Origin: Candidatus Bathyarchaeota archaeon | GTDB lineage: Archaea; Thermoproteota; Bathyarchaeia; Bathyarchaeales; Bathycorpusculaceae | Reading direction: 5' to 3' | DNA: 29,372 nt | Assembly: GCA_963770935.1 (NCBI GenBank) | Contig: CAVYRJ010000006.1 | Coordinates: 1-29,372, forward strand | In this document: positions 8,400-18,858 of the stretch, piece after piece | Layout: each line of letters opens with the position of its first letter | Numbering within the stretch: position 1 is the stretch's first letter | Program-made: the position numbers and the translations under genes | Notes under the pieces: model-generated | What the model saw: the letters and a program-made list of their open reading frames with translations, nothing else | What the model was told of the DNA's origin: nothing | Database searches by the model: none

Positions 8400-10640
8400 A
8401 TGTCTGTTGTACCTACAAATTTCGAAACAATAGCGCTATGGAGCGTAGTTGGAATAGCCATAGGCGCCTTATTCTATGCACTTTTCCTTAGAAAACAAAT
8501 ATTGAAAGAGGCTACCGGTTCAGAAAAGCTGCACACCGTTTGGAGCGCCATCAAATCTGGCGCGAATGCCTATTTGAAAACCCAGCTCAGATCCATCGTG
8601 ATTTTTATCGGTGTCTTGGGCATTTTCCTCTATGTGGCTTCGGCAGTAGCTCCGCCAATTGCCCTAGAAACTAGTCCATTTTTGATAACTATCGGGCGAG
8701 TTGGAGCATTTTTGATGGGAGCATTTTTCTCGGCAATGGTCGGCTTTTTTGGAATGAACATGGCTGTTCAAGGAAACATTCGAGTTGCTGAGGCTTCAAG
8801 AAGAAGTTTTGGTGACGCCCTCAAAATAGCTTACCGCACTGGAACAATCACAGGAATGCTCTGCGATGGATTAGGACTCCTCGGCGGAACTCTAATCTTT
8901 CTCATCTTCACGGTCGATGCCCCTGAAGTTCTGTTAGGTTTCGGTTTCGGCGGAACCCTGCTTGCATTGTTCATGCGAGTAGGCGGCGGAATCTACACCA
9001 AAGCAGCTGATGTCGGCGCAGACCTTGTGGGAAAAGTTGAAAAAGGCATTCCAGAAGATGACCCCAGAAACGCGGCAGTCGTTGCAGACCTTGTAGGAGA
9101 CAACGTTGGCGACTGCGCAGGTATGGCAGCAGATATTTTTGAATCTTACGAAGTAACGATGGTTTCAGCATTGCTTCTCGGTTTAGCATTAACACCGTTC
9201 GGATTCAAATGGATTATATTCCCGCTACTAGCCAGAGGATTCGGAGTCATCAGCACCATTATTGGAACCTACGCAGTTTCTCTTTGGCCTGAAAGACTAA
9301 CAAAAGGCGATGCCTTCAAAGCAATGGATCTTTCCTATGACCTCTCGAGCATCATCTCTGCAATTGGCTTTCTGCTTTTAGCAGTATTCTACGTTGGCGA
9401 CATAAGAGTTTTCTTAGCAACTGCCATGGGTTTAGTTCTAGCAGTAAGTTTCAACAAGCTTGCAAACCACTTCACTAACCCAAACAAAAAACCCGTCGAC
9501 GCTGTAGCTGCATCAAGCAAAACAGGACCCGCAACCGTTATACTGCAAGGTCTCTCATTGGGCTTTGAAAGCACCGTCTGGACAGCCCTACTAATAGGCC
9601 TCACTATTGTTGTATCCCTCATAATTTGGGCAGGAGCAGGCATAACATACGCATTCTACGGCGTAGCACTCGCAGGCATCGGTATGCTTTCGCAAACAGG
9701 CAATACAGTAGCTATGGATACATTTGGACCTATAGTTGACAACGCAAACGGAATAGGAGAGATGGCTGGACTAGAAGAAAAGCCACGTCAAATCCTAGCA
9801 GACCTAGACGCATCGGGCAACACAACTAAATCAGTCACTAAAGCAATGGCAATCGCTTCAGCCGTACTGGCAGCCGTATCACTCTTTGCAGCATTCACCG
9901 CAACAGTACACGTAAACCTTGACATCGCAGCAGACCCAATGGTCTTCGTAGGCTTGCTAGTCGGCGGTTCATTACCATTCTTGTTCAGCTTCATATCAAT
10001 CAGAGCAGTCAGCAGAGCAGCAGGCAAAATAATAGAGGAAGTACGAAAACAATTCAGAATCCCCGGCATAATGGAAGGAACCAAACTTCCTGACTATGCA
10101 GCAGTAGTTAAGATCTGCACTTCAGCAGCTCAACGTGAACTAGCCAGCATCGCCATCATCGCTATACTCACGCCGTTACTTGTCGGAATCTTACTCGGCG
10201 CTGCAGCATGGGGAGGATTCTTAGCAGGCGTAATAGTGACAGGTCAACTCTTAGCAGTGTTCATGGCTAACTCAGGTGGAGCTTGGGATAATGCAAAGAA
10301 GAAAATCGAAGACGGCTACTACGGTGGAAAAGGCTCAGAAAACCACAAAGCCTCCGTAATTGGCGACACAGTAGGCGACCCACTTAAAGACACAGCTGGA
10401 CCAGCACTCAACCCAATGATTAAAGTGATTAACCTGATTTCACTACTGTTCTCGGGCGCAATCTTAGCAGTCAGAGACATTTGGCTTATCCAGATACCTA
10501 ACACAGAATTCCAGATTCCAGGGCTTGCAGCGATTCTTTCCGCAGTCTTGATAGTTATAGTCGGGTATGCCATAATGTACAGCAAACGCGAAACAAAAGA
10601 GGAAGCACAAACAATCGCCGACGCAACTCCATCAAAATAG
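8400..10640 (+). CDS. hppA: Membrane-bound ion-translocating pyrophosphatase with the K+-independent (H+-pumping) signature
   Basis: GGGIYTKAADVGADLVGKVE, IPEDDPRN, DLVGDNVGD, GGAWDNAKK, GDTVGDPLKDTAGP; GNTTKSVT; SD-like AAGGAG upstream. Confidence 0.96.
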   Translation: MSVVPTNFETIALWSVVGIAIGALFYALFLRKQILKEATGSEKLHTVWSAIKSGANAYLKTQLRSIVIFIGVLGIFLYVASAVAPPIALETSPFLITIGRVGAFLMGAFFSAMVGFFGMNMAVQGNIRVAEASRRSFGDALKIAYRTGTITGMLCDGLGLLGGTLIFLIFTVDAPEVLLGFGFGGTLLALFMRVGGGIYTKAADVGADLVGKVEKGIPEDDPRNAAVVADLVGDNVGDCAGMAADIFESYEVTMVSALLLGLALTPFGFKWIIFPLLARGFGVISTIIGTYAVSLWPERLTKGDAFKAMDLSYDLSSIISAIGFLLLAVFYVGDIRVFLATAMGLVLAVSFNKLANHFTNPNKKPVDAVAASSKTGPATVILQGLSLGFESTVWTALLIGLTIVVSLIIWAGAGITYAFYGVALAGIGMLSQTGNTVAMDTFGPIVDNANGIGEMAGLEEKPRQILADLDASGNTTKSVTKAMAIASAVLAAVSLFAAFTATVHVNLDIAADPMVFVGLLVGGSLPFLFSFISIRAVSRAAGKIIEEVRKQFRIPGIMEGTKLPDYAAVVKICTSAAQRELASIAIIAILTPLLVGILLGAAAWGGFLAGVIVTGQLLAVFMANSGGAWDNAKKKIEDGYYGGKGSENHKASVIGDTVGDPLKDTAGPALNPMIKVINLISLLFSGAILAVRDIWLIQIPNTEFQIPGLAAILSAVLIVIVGYAIMYSKRETKEEAQTIADATPSK

Positions 10641-10658
10641 TTCCCCACTTTCAACAAC

Positions 10659-10708
10659 GGGATAAAGTTTTCCGAAAGGAAGACGTAACCCCTAAAACAG
10701 TTTTTTTT
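10659..10708 (+). terminator. GAAA-tetraloop hairpin followed by a T8 run after hppA
   Basis: GTTTTCC-GAAA-GGAAGAC (10667-10684) with outer GGG/CCC pairing, then TTTTTTTT at 10701-10708. Confidence 0.5.
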
Positions 10709-10841
10709 AAAAATCTTTTTTCTTATAAAGATGAATGATACAAATCCTCATTGCGCTCTCTATGAGTGCTTTTTTAAGGAACCATGATTATATGCATCTA
10801 CAAATAAAATAATGTGTGCAAACTTTGCTCAGGGATGTTTG

Positions 10842-11969
10842 ATGGCTGCCAAATTGGTTGTGTTGAAGGTTGGAACCAATACAATAACCAACACAAATGG
10901 AAACCTGGATACTGAAGAGATGGGTAAACTTGCAAGTCAGATAGCTGCTGCTATGAAGCAAGGCGACAAAGTTGTGCTAGTGACGTCTGGAGCGGTTGCA
11001 GCCGGCATCGCTGAGCTAGGTATCCCTCTAAAACCTAAGGATGTGGCTTTTCAGCAAGCAGCAGCCGCGACGGGTCAGAGTGTTTTGATGGCAAAGTACA
11101 GGGATCTTTTTAAGAAATTTGACCTAAAAGTTGCTCAGATACTGCTGACTGCGGAAGATCTTTCCAACAGAGCTTCTTATGTCCACACATGCGATGTGCT
11201 TGGCTTGCTCCTAAAAATTGGTGTAGTCCCGATAATAAATGAAAATGACGTGACATCCGTTGATGAACTCATGCGCACTGAAGGCTACAAAGTGAACTTC
11301 AGCGATAACGACATCCTCTCCGTCCTTGTGGCTGGAGCAGTCTGTGCTGATTTAGTCATTATTCTTTCTGATGTGGATGGCTTATACACTGCTGACCCTT
11401 CCCAACCCGGGGCGGAACTGATAAAAACGGTTGACGCAATCACAACTGAACTGAAGGGTTCGCTAAATGGTAAAAGCAAGCTTGGCAGAGGCGGCATTCA
11501 AAGTAAAATAAAAGCTGCTGAAATCGCAACTTCCTGCGGCATCCCTGTGGTGATAGCAAATAGCAGAAGAGAAAACGTCTTACTCGACATTCTTGCAGGA
11601 AAGAATGTGGGCACGTATTTTAAGCCTCAAAGCCGCATGCCCGCAGTTAAGCGTTGGATAGCTTATGGCGCAGCACTGAAAGGGACTATTCAGGTTAATG
11701 CGGGCGCAAAAAAAGCTATTTTTGAAGGCTCAAGCCTTTTGCCTGTAGGCGTCACAAAAGTTGTAGGTATCTTTGATGTGGGCGACGTAGTCAGCATAGA
11801 AGACGAAAACCATATTGACTTTGCACGTGGCAACCCCAACTTCAACAGCAGCCAATTAAACCTAATTAAAGGCTTACAGGTAACAGAAGTACACAAAAAA
11901 ATCGGCGCCGATAAACCTAAAGAGGTCATTGAGCACCGAAACATACACCTGATTGAGGAAGAAAAATGA
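10842..11969 (+). CDS. proB: Glutamate 5-kinase with C-terminal PUA domain
   Basis: VVLKVGT, LVTSGAVAAG, QAAAATGQ, VPIINEND, FSDNDILS, LSDVDGLY, GRGGIQSK, SLLPVGV (PUA); start ATG 10842 or 10812. Confidence 0.97.
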   Translation: MAAKLVVLKVGTNTITNTNGNLDTEEMGKLASQIAAAMKQGDKVVLVTSGAVAAGIAELGIPLKPKDVAFQQAAAATGQSVLMAKYRDLFKKFDLKVAQILLTAEDLSNRASYVHTCDVLGLLLKIGVVPIINENDVTSVDELMRTEGYKVNFSDNDILSVLVAGAVCADLVIILSDVDGLYTADPSQPGAELIKTVDAITTELKGSLNGKSKLGRGGIQSKIKAAEIATSCGIPVVIANSRRENVLLDILAGKNVGTYFKPQSRMPAVKRWIAYGAALKGTIQVNAGAKKAIFEGSSLLPVGVTKVVGIFDVGDVVSIEDENHIDFARGNPNFNSSQLNLIKGLQVTEVHKKIGADKPKEVIEHRNIHLIEEEK

Positions 11970-13207
11970 TAAAAGAAATATGCCTAAAAGCCAAAGCCGC
12001 TTCAGTTGAGATGGCAAAACTCTCAATGGACACCAAGAACACGGCGCTCTGCAGGATGGCAAACGCGCTTGAAACTAACACCGACAAGATTTTAGCCGCC
12101 AACAAACTCGACGTGGAAGCTGCCAAAGCGAAAGGTCTCAAAGCCGCACTTCTTGACCGTCTAGCCTTGGATCAGAAGAAAGTTCAGACAATGGCTAACG
12201 AGCTTAGAGAAGTCTCAGCATTGCCTGACCCGATTGGCACAATCCTTAGTAGCTGGACACGCCCCAACGGCTTAATCATCAGCCAAGTCCGCGTACCGCT
12301 TGGTGTAGTTGGCATAATCTACGAATCTCGTCCCAACGTAACCGCTGACTCAGCAGGAATCTGTATAAAATCAGGCAACGCAGTAATTCTTCGCGGTGGC
12401 TCGGATGCATTGAATTCTAACGTTGCAATTGGTGAGGTCTTGCGTGATGCGTTGGCTGGAACAAACGTTCCTGTTGACGCGGTTCAAGTGGTGAATTCGC
12501 CTGATCGCAAGGTTGCAGAAGAGTTGATGGGTATGCGAGGTTATATTGACGTGCTTATTCCCCGAGGGGGCGCAGACCTAATCAAAACCGTTGTGGAGAA
12601 ATCACACATTCCAGTCATTGAAACAGGAACAGGCAACTGCCACATCTACGTTGAAGAAGACGCCGATCTCGAAAAAGCAACACCTATAGTGATAAACGCC
12701 AAGTGTCAACGACCAGGAACCTGCAACGCAGCGGAGAAGCTGCTTGTTCACAGCAAAATCGCAAAGCAGTATCTACCATTGGTGATTGCTGAACTCAAAA
12801 AGAACGGCGTTGAAGTGCGAGGCGACAAAGAAACTCAAAAAATTGTTCCCGACGTGAAAGCCGCAACTGAAGAGGACTGGGGCACTGAATACCTTGACTT
12901 AATCATAGGCGTTAAAGTCGTAAAGGACTTAAATGAAGCCATTGCACACATCAACAAGTACGGCACCAAACACTCCGATAGCATCCTCACAGCCGACTTC
13001 GACAAAGCAATGAAGTTCATAAAGGAAATCGATTCTGCAGCTGTATACTGGAACGCTTCAACGCGGTTCACTGACGGCAACCAATTTGGGCTTGGAGCAG
13101 AAATCGGCATAAGCACCCAGAAACTCCATGCAAGAGGACCCATGAGCGTCCAGCACCTGACAACCACAAAATACGTTATCTTAGGCAGCGGACAAATCAG
13201 AAAATAA
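11966..13207 (+). CDS. proA: Gamma-glutamyl phosphate reductase
   Basis: VPLGVVGIIYESRPNVT, GNAVILRGGS, IPRGG, CNAAE, NASTRFTDG, GAEIGISTQKLHARGP; ATGA overlap with proB. Confidence 0.98.
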   Translation: MIKEICLKAKAASVEMAKLSMDTKNTALCRMANALETNTDKILAANKLDVEAAKAKGLKAALLDRLALDQKKVQTMANELREVSALPDPIGTILSSWTRPNGLIISQVRVPLGVVGIIYESRPNVTADSAGICIKSGNAVILRGGSDALNSNVAIGEVLRDALAGTNVPVDAVQVVNSPDRKVAEELMGMRGYIDVLIPRGGADLIKTVVEKSHIPVIETGTGNCHIYVEEDADLEKATPIVINAKCQRPGTCNAAEKLLVHSKIAKQYLPLVIAELKKNGVEVRGDKETQKIVPDVKAATEEDWGTEYLDLIIGVKVVKDLNEAIAHINKYGTKHSDSILTADFDKAMKFIKEIDSAAVYWNASTRFTDGNQFGLGAEIGISTQKLHARGPMSVQHLTTTKYVILGSGQIRK

Positions 13208-13439
13208 TCACTTTCTAAAACATTGGGCTTAACCCCGTCCGCCCAGCGTCAACTGAACACTCGCCTATCTGTAACCTTCTGCCCCTTTCTGCACCTCACC
13301 TGCAGCCTTTGCAAAGCCTAAAATCAACTAAAAGCAACCCAAAACAAACTGATCTATTTTTGCAAGTGCAAATGTTGACTTCAGTTGAAGAAAGACCTCT
13401 AATTCAAATCCACCCCCGATAAAGCATGCTACAACTTGT

Positions 13440-13660
13440 TGAAAACCCGCTAAAATCTAGTTCTGTCAACAACAACCAACAAGGAAAAAAGCTGTTTTCT
13501 TCAACAACAACCAAACAAACGAAAATCCACAACCCAAAACCAAAACAAAACCCAAAACACAACCACCCACCCCACTTGTTACATACAAAACACCCACAAC
13601 AACAACCAGAAAGAAAAAACACAGAAAACAAGATCAACAAGCCCAAAAATAAGAAGCTCC
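13440..13660. other. A/C-rich low-complexity, strand-skewed tract between convergent proA and the nuoN-like gene
   Basis: Long stretches of CAA/CCAAAA units that are almost free of G and T on the + strand. Confidence 0.6.
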
Positions 13661-13799
13661 GTTTGGCAAAATCGACCACTTTTCTACTATCAAACAAATT
13701 TTTTCAAGAAACAAGACAATGGCTTAGGTTAACCATCGAGCTTTTGTTGCTGAATAGATATTTTTAAAGATAGATTTTTGCATGATGGAATATCGGTTT

Positions 13800-15315
13800 T
13801 TAGGGCAGTGGCATGATTAGTTGAAGTTGGCGTGTGGCGGGTTCAAGCAGATTTAGTACTATTTGCGGGAACAGTCCTAAAACAAGTAATGCGGCAGCCA
13901 AGATGAAGATAGGTATGAGTATGTTTCTGGATTCTTTTATCACTGTTGCATCTTTGTTTTTCCGGGCATACATGTAATGTATCAATCTAAACAAGTAGGC
14001 AGCTTGAAGGACACTTGTTAAAACCCCAATAATTGCGAGCCAGCTTAGGTTTGCTTGCAGTGCTGACGTAAAAACTAAGTATTTAGCTATAAATCCCCCT
14101 AACGGCGGAACTCCAATAAATGACAACCCAGCAATTACAAGGGCTAAACTTGCAAGGGGTAGTTTCTTACCTATCCCGGAGATGTCGTCTAAGGTTTTGA
14201 ATCCATGTTTGTTTATTATGCCAACTGCCATGAACGCGAGAGCTGTGGTGATGCCTCCTATTAAGAAGAAGTAGAGGTTGCCAATTAAACCAAGTGATGT
14301 ATAACTTGTTATTGCTATCAGGTTGTAGCCGACATCTGCTACACAGATATATGCTATTAAACGTTTTACGTCGTTTTGGATTAAGGCAAATACGTTGCCA
14401 ACTATCATAGTTAACGCTGCTAGGATGGCTAGCATGAAAGTCCAATCTAACGCTGCAGTTGGACCCGTCGGAATTACAATATACAACAGTATTCGTATGA
14501 GAATATAGTAGCTACCTTGGTCAACAAGAGCTGAGAGGAAAGCAGATGATGGTGCAGGAGCTGCTTGGTATGCGTCAGGTAACCAGAAGTGAAAAGGAAC
14601 GATTGCGGCTTCAATTGCATAGCCAGCAGCTATGAAAACGAAAGCTATAATGAGCAGGTTTTTGTCGGATTCAACTATCACGCTCAAGTGCATCTCTTAT
14701 GGCTATGTAGTTTAGGCTACCGGTTATGCCGTAAACGATTGAGAGGCCAAAGAGAACGAACGCTGAGGCTATGATGACCATTACTAGGTACTTTAGGGTT
14801 GCATTGAGACTGAAAGCGCTCTTTCTATACATCATTAGGAAGGCTGCGGCGGCTGTCGCTGCTTCCCAAAAGATGAAAAACGTTAAGAGGTCCCCTGCAA
14901 GGACAGCACCCAGCAAAGCAGCGGTGAGTATCAGCATTATAGCAAAGTACCTATCTGATGGTCGCTCGTTTGAGTTAACGAAGAATACAGTGTAGATTAG
15001 GATTACTGCACTAATTGAAACGATGATAATTGCCATGTAAATGGAGATGGCATCAACAAGAAAGGAGCTCGAGATTGCTGAGGATACATCGCCGTTCAGG
15101 CTTAAATTTAAAGGTACAGGGTTAGCCACGCTGTAATAAGTCAATGTTAGATTGGCTACAGTTACTCCTGCAATTAAAAAAACGGCTATGAACCAGCATA
15201 GAGTTAAGGCGGTTTTATGACTACTCTTCTTAATAATTCTGAACACTGGAATTGTCAGCAAAGCAGAAATTATTAAGCTGATAATCGGTAACGAGATATC
15301 TACGATGTCAACCAT
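13800..15315 (-). CDS. NuoN/MrpD-like antiporter subunit, frameshifted near 14690
   Basis: ORF 14671-15315 (GDLLTFFIFWE, ATLKY) plus ORF 13800-14693 (PFHFWLPDAY, DVKRLIAY, GVPPLGGFIAK) join on removing one base in GATGCACTTGAGC. Confidence 0.85.
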
Positions 15316-15335
15316 TCACAGATCCGCCTTAATTT

Positions 15336-16874
15336 TTAGCCAAATTGCGCTGTTTGTATTAAATTCAGGAAGAAAGTCGGGTAAATTCCTATTAAAATGA
15401 CCATAACTACCATGATTGCAAGTGCAATTTTCATAGATGTGGGCACTTCAAGAATTGGTTTATGCTCTGGAGTTTCCTTGCGGTTAGAGGTACCGAGAAA
15501 CACGCGTGAAATGAATCTTAGAGAGTAAGCAAGTGAGAGCACTGTTGCAACAAGCATGAAAGCTGTTGGGAGCAAGAAGAAGCTGTCATATTTTATTACT
15601 TCGAAAGCGCCGATGAAAATCAAAACTTCGCTTATGAAGCATGCAAACGGAGGTGCTCCAGCGATGCTTAAAGCAGCTATGGTTCCTGAAACTGTTGTGA
15701 AAGGCATTTTGCCTGCTAATCCGCCCATTTCGCGGATGTCACGGGTTTCAGTTTGATGCATGACTGCTCCAGCCGAAAGGAAGAAAAGCCCCTTGCTAAC
15801 CGCGTGGCTAAGAATGTGAAGGATAGTCCCTGCGATTGCAGTTGATGAAACAACTATGACTGCAGTTCCAGCAGCGACGTTTGTGGGGAAAAGTGAGATG
15901 CCGAACATTATGTATCCCATGTGGGCGATACTGGAGTAGGCGATAAGCCGTTTTATGTCTGTTTCCACCAGTGCGATTAAAGAGCCGAAAAATGCTGAAA
16001 TTATTCCAAAAATTGCTAGGGCATGAAGGAAGTTTAATGCAAAAGCTGGGTCAACTAAGTTGACTGCTGGGAAAACCATACCTAATGATAAACGAAGAAT
16101 TGCGTAAGCTCCTGCGCTAATAATTACTCCGCTGAGCAACGCAGACATGGTTGCTGGAGCTTCAGAGTGAGCATCGGGTAGCCACATGTGGACGGGTACG
16201 ATTGCCATTTTAACGGCGAATCCGCCGGTTAAGGCGATAAGAATCCACTTCGCGATATCTGTGCCATGGGTCATTAATGCAGATTGAACTGTGAACATGT
16301 CGGTAGAGCCTGTAACCATGTACAAAGCTCCTAAGCCAAGCAGCACAAAGACCGCGCCTGCATGGGTGAATATGAAGAATTTGAAGGCTGCCTTGTACGA
16401 GTCACGGTAGCCCCAGTTGCCCACAATGAAGTAGGCGGGAATTAGCATCATTTCCCAGCAAAAATAAAATAGGATCAGGTTTGATGTTATGAAAACGCCT
16501 ACAAGCCCTACGGACAGCATTGAGAGAAGGGCATAGTAGACTGCAATGTTTTTCTTTCCTTCCATATAGTTGATCGAGAAGATTGCAGCGGCTATGATCA
16601 AGACTACGCTAATAATTGCGATCGATAGGCTCATGCCATCAACAAAGAGCGAGAAGGAAGAGCTCAAAATTGGAATCCAATCGTAAGACTCCTCGTAGCG
16701 GTGGCTTGAATTGTTAAGAACCGCTGGTGCCGTGGTTAACAAAAGCGCCAAAGTCGCCAAAGCGATTAAGGCCACAAATATGGCTGCGGCTTTATTGGAT
16801 TTTTTCCCTGTAAAGTAAACAAAGGGGATGCTTATCGCGGGAAGGGCAAATACTGCTAATAAAGTAATGGACAT
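15336..16874 (-). CDS. NuoM-like antiporter subunit
   Basis: FYFCWEMMLIP, AVKMAIVPVHMWLPDAHSEAP, DIKRLIAYSSIAHMG, GAPPFACFISE. Confidence 0.92.
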   Translation of the reverse strand: MSITLLAVFALPAISIPFVYFTGKKSNKAAAIFVALIALATLALLLTTAPAVLNNSSHRYEESYDWIPILSSSFSLFVDGMSLSIAIISVVLIIAAAIFSINYMEGKKNIAVYYALLSMLSVGLVGVFITSNLILFYFCWEMMLIPAYFIVGNWGYRDSYKAAFKFFIFTHAGAVFVLLGLGALYMVTGSTDMFTVQSALMTHGTDIAKWILIALTGGFAVKMAIVPVHMWLPDAHSEAPATMSALLSGVIISAGAYAILRLSLGMVFPAVNLVDPAFALNFLHALAIFGIISAFFGSLIALVETDIKRLIAYSSIAHMGYIMFGISLFPTNVAAGTAVIVVSSTAIAGTILHILSHAVSKGLFFLSAGAVMHQTETRDIREMGGLAGKMPFTTVSGTIAALSIAGAPPFACFISEVLIFIGAFEVIKYDSFFLLPTAFMLVATVLSLAYSLRFISRVFLGTSNRKETPEHKPILEVPTSMKIALAIMVVMVILIGIYPTFFLNLIQTAQFG

Positions 16875-16878
16875 TTTT

Positions 16879-18858
16879 TTACACTCCTATTGTTAATATT
16901 ATCAAGACAACAATCAAAATGAAACCGACCACTGCTGCAGCGATGTAGTTTCGAAGGGATGCCGAAGGTGCCTTCCTCATTTTTGAGACTCCAGTCAGCG
17001 TTGTATTGGATAAGACGTTAATTAGCTTATCCAGAGAGTGGTCGGCCTTCGTATCAAAGTAAACATGGACTCCGTTTGCGATTCGGATGACTGACTGACC
17101 GAATTTTAGAGGAAAGAGACTTATCACATTCTCAAAGCGCCTAACTCCATCGGAAAATCTTGAAATACCGCGCGATATTCCGCTATAAACGTCATCAAAG
17201 AAGAAGGCGTGGCTGAGCATGGTTGTTAATGGATTTTTCCCAGCTGCAATACGCCTGAAAGTTTGGTTGTTTTTGTAATACGTGAAATATGCGATTAGCC
17301 CTGTCGGCAACAGCAATGAAAGGAAAATTGGTGTTTCCAAATTCAAAAACGCGTCAAGTAACGTGTGTTCGAGTTCAAAATGCATAAAGTTTGCAATCAG
17401 AGGCTGAGATATACCCCAAATTATGCAGAAGCCAGCAAGAATCATAGCTGGAATAAGCATGATTTTTGGTGCTTCATGGACATGTTGTCTCTTTAGGTGT
17501 TCAGATTCTTTACCCATGAACACCAAGCTGAACATGCGGATGCTATAAGCGAATGTAATGGCGGTTGTTGCGTAGAGCAGAATAATTTGCATGAGGTTGC
17601 CCGCTTCAGTAACGCTGGTGATGACTAAGCCTTTGCTGAAGAACGCAGCAAAAGGCGGCAAGCCGCTTGTAGTTATTATCATTATGGCCATTAAAATGAA
17701 GGATATAGGCATGGTTTTCTTAAGTCCACCCATCAAACGCATGTCACGGGTGCCGATGGCATGTATTATGCCTCCTGCGAGGAGGAAACCGAGTCCTTCG
17801 AAGAAAGCGTGACTTACCATATGGAATAAGCTGGCGAACCAGCCGACTGACGCAGCTCCCTCAACAGCTGCACCTAAACCAGCCATCATGAAGCCGATTT
17901 GGCTGATGGTTGAGTATGCGAGTACTCCTTTGATGTCGGTTGTTGTTAAAGCTAGTGATGCGCCAATTATGGCTGTTAGTACGCCTATCCAAGCGACTAT
18001 TGGGAACCAAAGAGGCTGCAGCACTTCAATTATTGCGGGTGCAACTGAGAAGATGAGTATGAACCTTGCAAGCAAATAGATGCCTGCTTTGACCATTGTG
18101 GCAGCGTGCAAGAGGGCGCTGACTGAAGTTGGGGCTTCCATGGCACTATAGAGCCAAGTGAACAATGGCAGCTGAGCAGACTTTGCAATTGCGCCGCCTA
18201 AAACCAAGAAAGCAACAACCACCATCAATTCATGGTCGAAACCGCCCGCGATAATACCGTCCATTATTCCACGGAAGCTGAACGTTCCGAACATCGTAAA
18301 GAGGACGCCAATGGCGGCAAGTAGCGAGATGTCGCCGATGCGGGTCATAATGAAAACTTTGGTGCCTGCCCGAACAGATTCTGGACGTTTATACCAGAAG
18401 GAGATTAACGAGTAGGAGCATAAGCCTACCATTTCCCAGAAAATGAACATTTGAATAAGGTTATCGGAGAGTACTAAGCCTATCATTGAACCAATGAAGA
18501 GGAGTAGCAAGTAATTGTATCGAGTTAAGCCTTCTTCACCCTTCATGTACCCTAACGAATAGATTGCTATGATTAATCCAAAGAAAGCAACTAGCACAGT
18601 GAATAAGACACTGAGTGGGTCAACAAAAACTCCCGCGTCGATACCTGCTATCCAGCTGACAGTTGAGATTATGGCTTCTCCATGACCGAAAAACATGCCT
18701 GGAACAAGTGAAAGAGCTAAAGTTGCAGTAGCTGCTGCAATTGCGACTACGAAATAGTTTCTGGCTTTGTCGCTGTATTTTCCAATTATGGGAACAAACA
18801 AGCTGGCTATGAGCGGAAGAGCCCAAACAAGCCATGAGGAGATCTCTTCAAGAACCAT
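16879..18858 (-). CDS. NuoL/MrpA-like antiporter subunit with lateral helix and terminal TM
   Basis: FIFWEMVGLCSYSLI, TRIGD, AKSAQLPLFTWL.SAMEAPTSVSALLHAATMVKAG, LAYSTISQIG, HAFF, FFSK; long C-terminal extension ending in a TM helix. Confidence 0.95.
   Translation of the reverse strand: MVLEEISSWLVWALPLIASLFVPIIGKYSDKARNYFVVAIAAATATLALSLVPGMFFGHGEAIISTVSWIAGIDAGVFVDPLSVLFTVLVAFFGLIIAIYSLGYMKGEEGLTRYNYLLLLFIGSMIGLVLSDNLIQMFIFWEMVGLCSYSLISFWYKRPESVRAGTKVFIMTRIGDISLLAAIGVLFTMFGTFSFRGIMDGIIAGGFDHELMVVVAFLVLGGAIAKSAQLPLFTWLYSAMEAPTSVSALLHAATMVKAGIYLLARFILIFSVAPAIIEVLQPLWFPIVAWIGVLTAIIGASLALTTTDIKGVLAYSTISQIGFMMAGLGAAVEGAASVGWFASLFHMVSHAFFEGLGFLLAGGIIHAIGTRDMRLMGGLKKTMPISFILMAIMIITTSGLPPFAAFFSKGLVITSVTEAGNLMQIILLYATTAITFAYSIRMFSLVFMGKESEHLKRQHVHEAPKIMLIPAMILAGFCIIWGISQPLIANFMHFELEHTLLDAFLNLETPIFLSLLLPTGLIAYFTYYKNNQTFRRIAAGKNPLTTMLSHAFFFDDVYSGISRGISRFSDGVRRFENVISLFPLKFGQSVIRIANGVHVYFDTKADHSLDKLINVLSNTTLTGVSKMRKAPSASLRNYIAAAVVGFILIVVLIILTIGV

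Noticed and set aside
10842-13207. proBA without proC as a novel pathway
   Set aside because: proC is commonly unlinked from proBA, and absence from one window is uninformative
13404-13767. ORFs 13426-13767 (+, K/N/Q/P-rich) and 13404-13697 (-, C/F/G-rich)
   Set aside because: Amino acid composition simply mirrors the A/C low-complexity tract, which lacks stop codons by composition; no recognisable domain
14671-14693. NuoN-like subunit as a naturally split gene or programmed frameshift
   Set aside because: One-base removal restores a continuous protein, there is no slippery heptamer, and similar indels occur across the window
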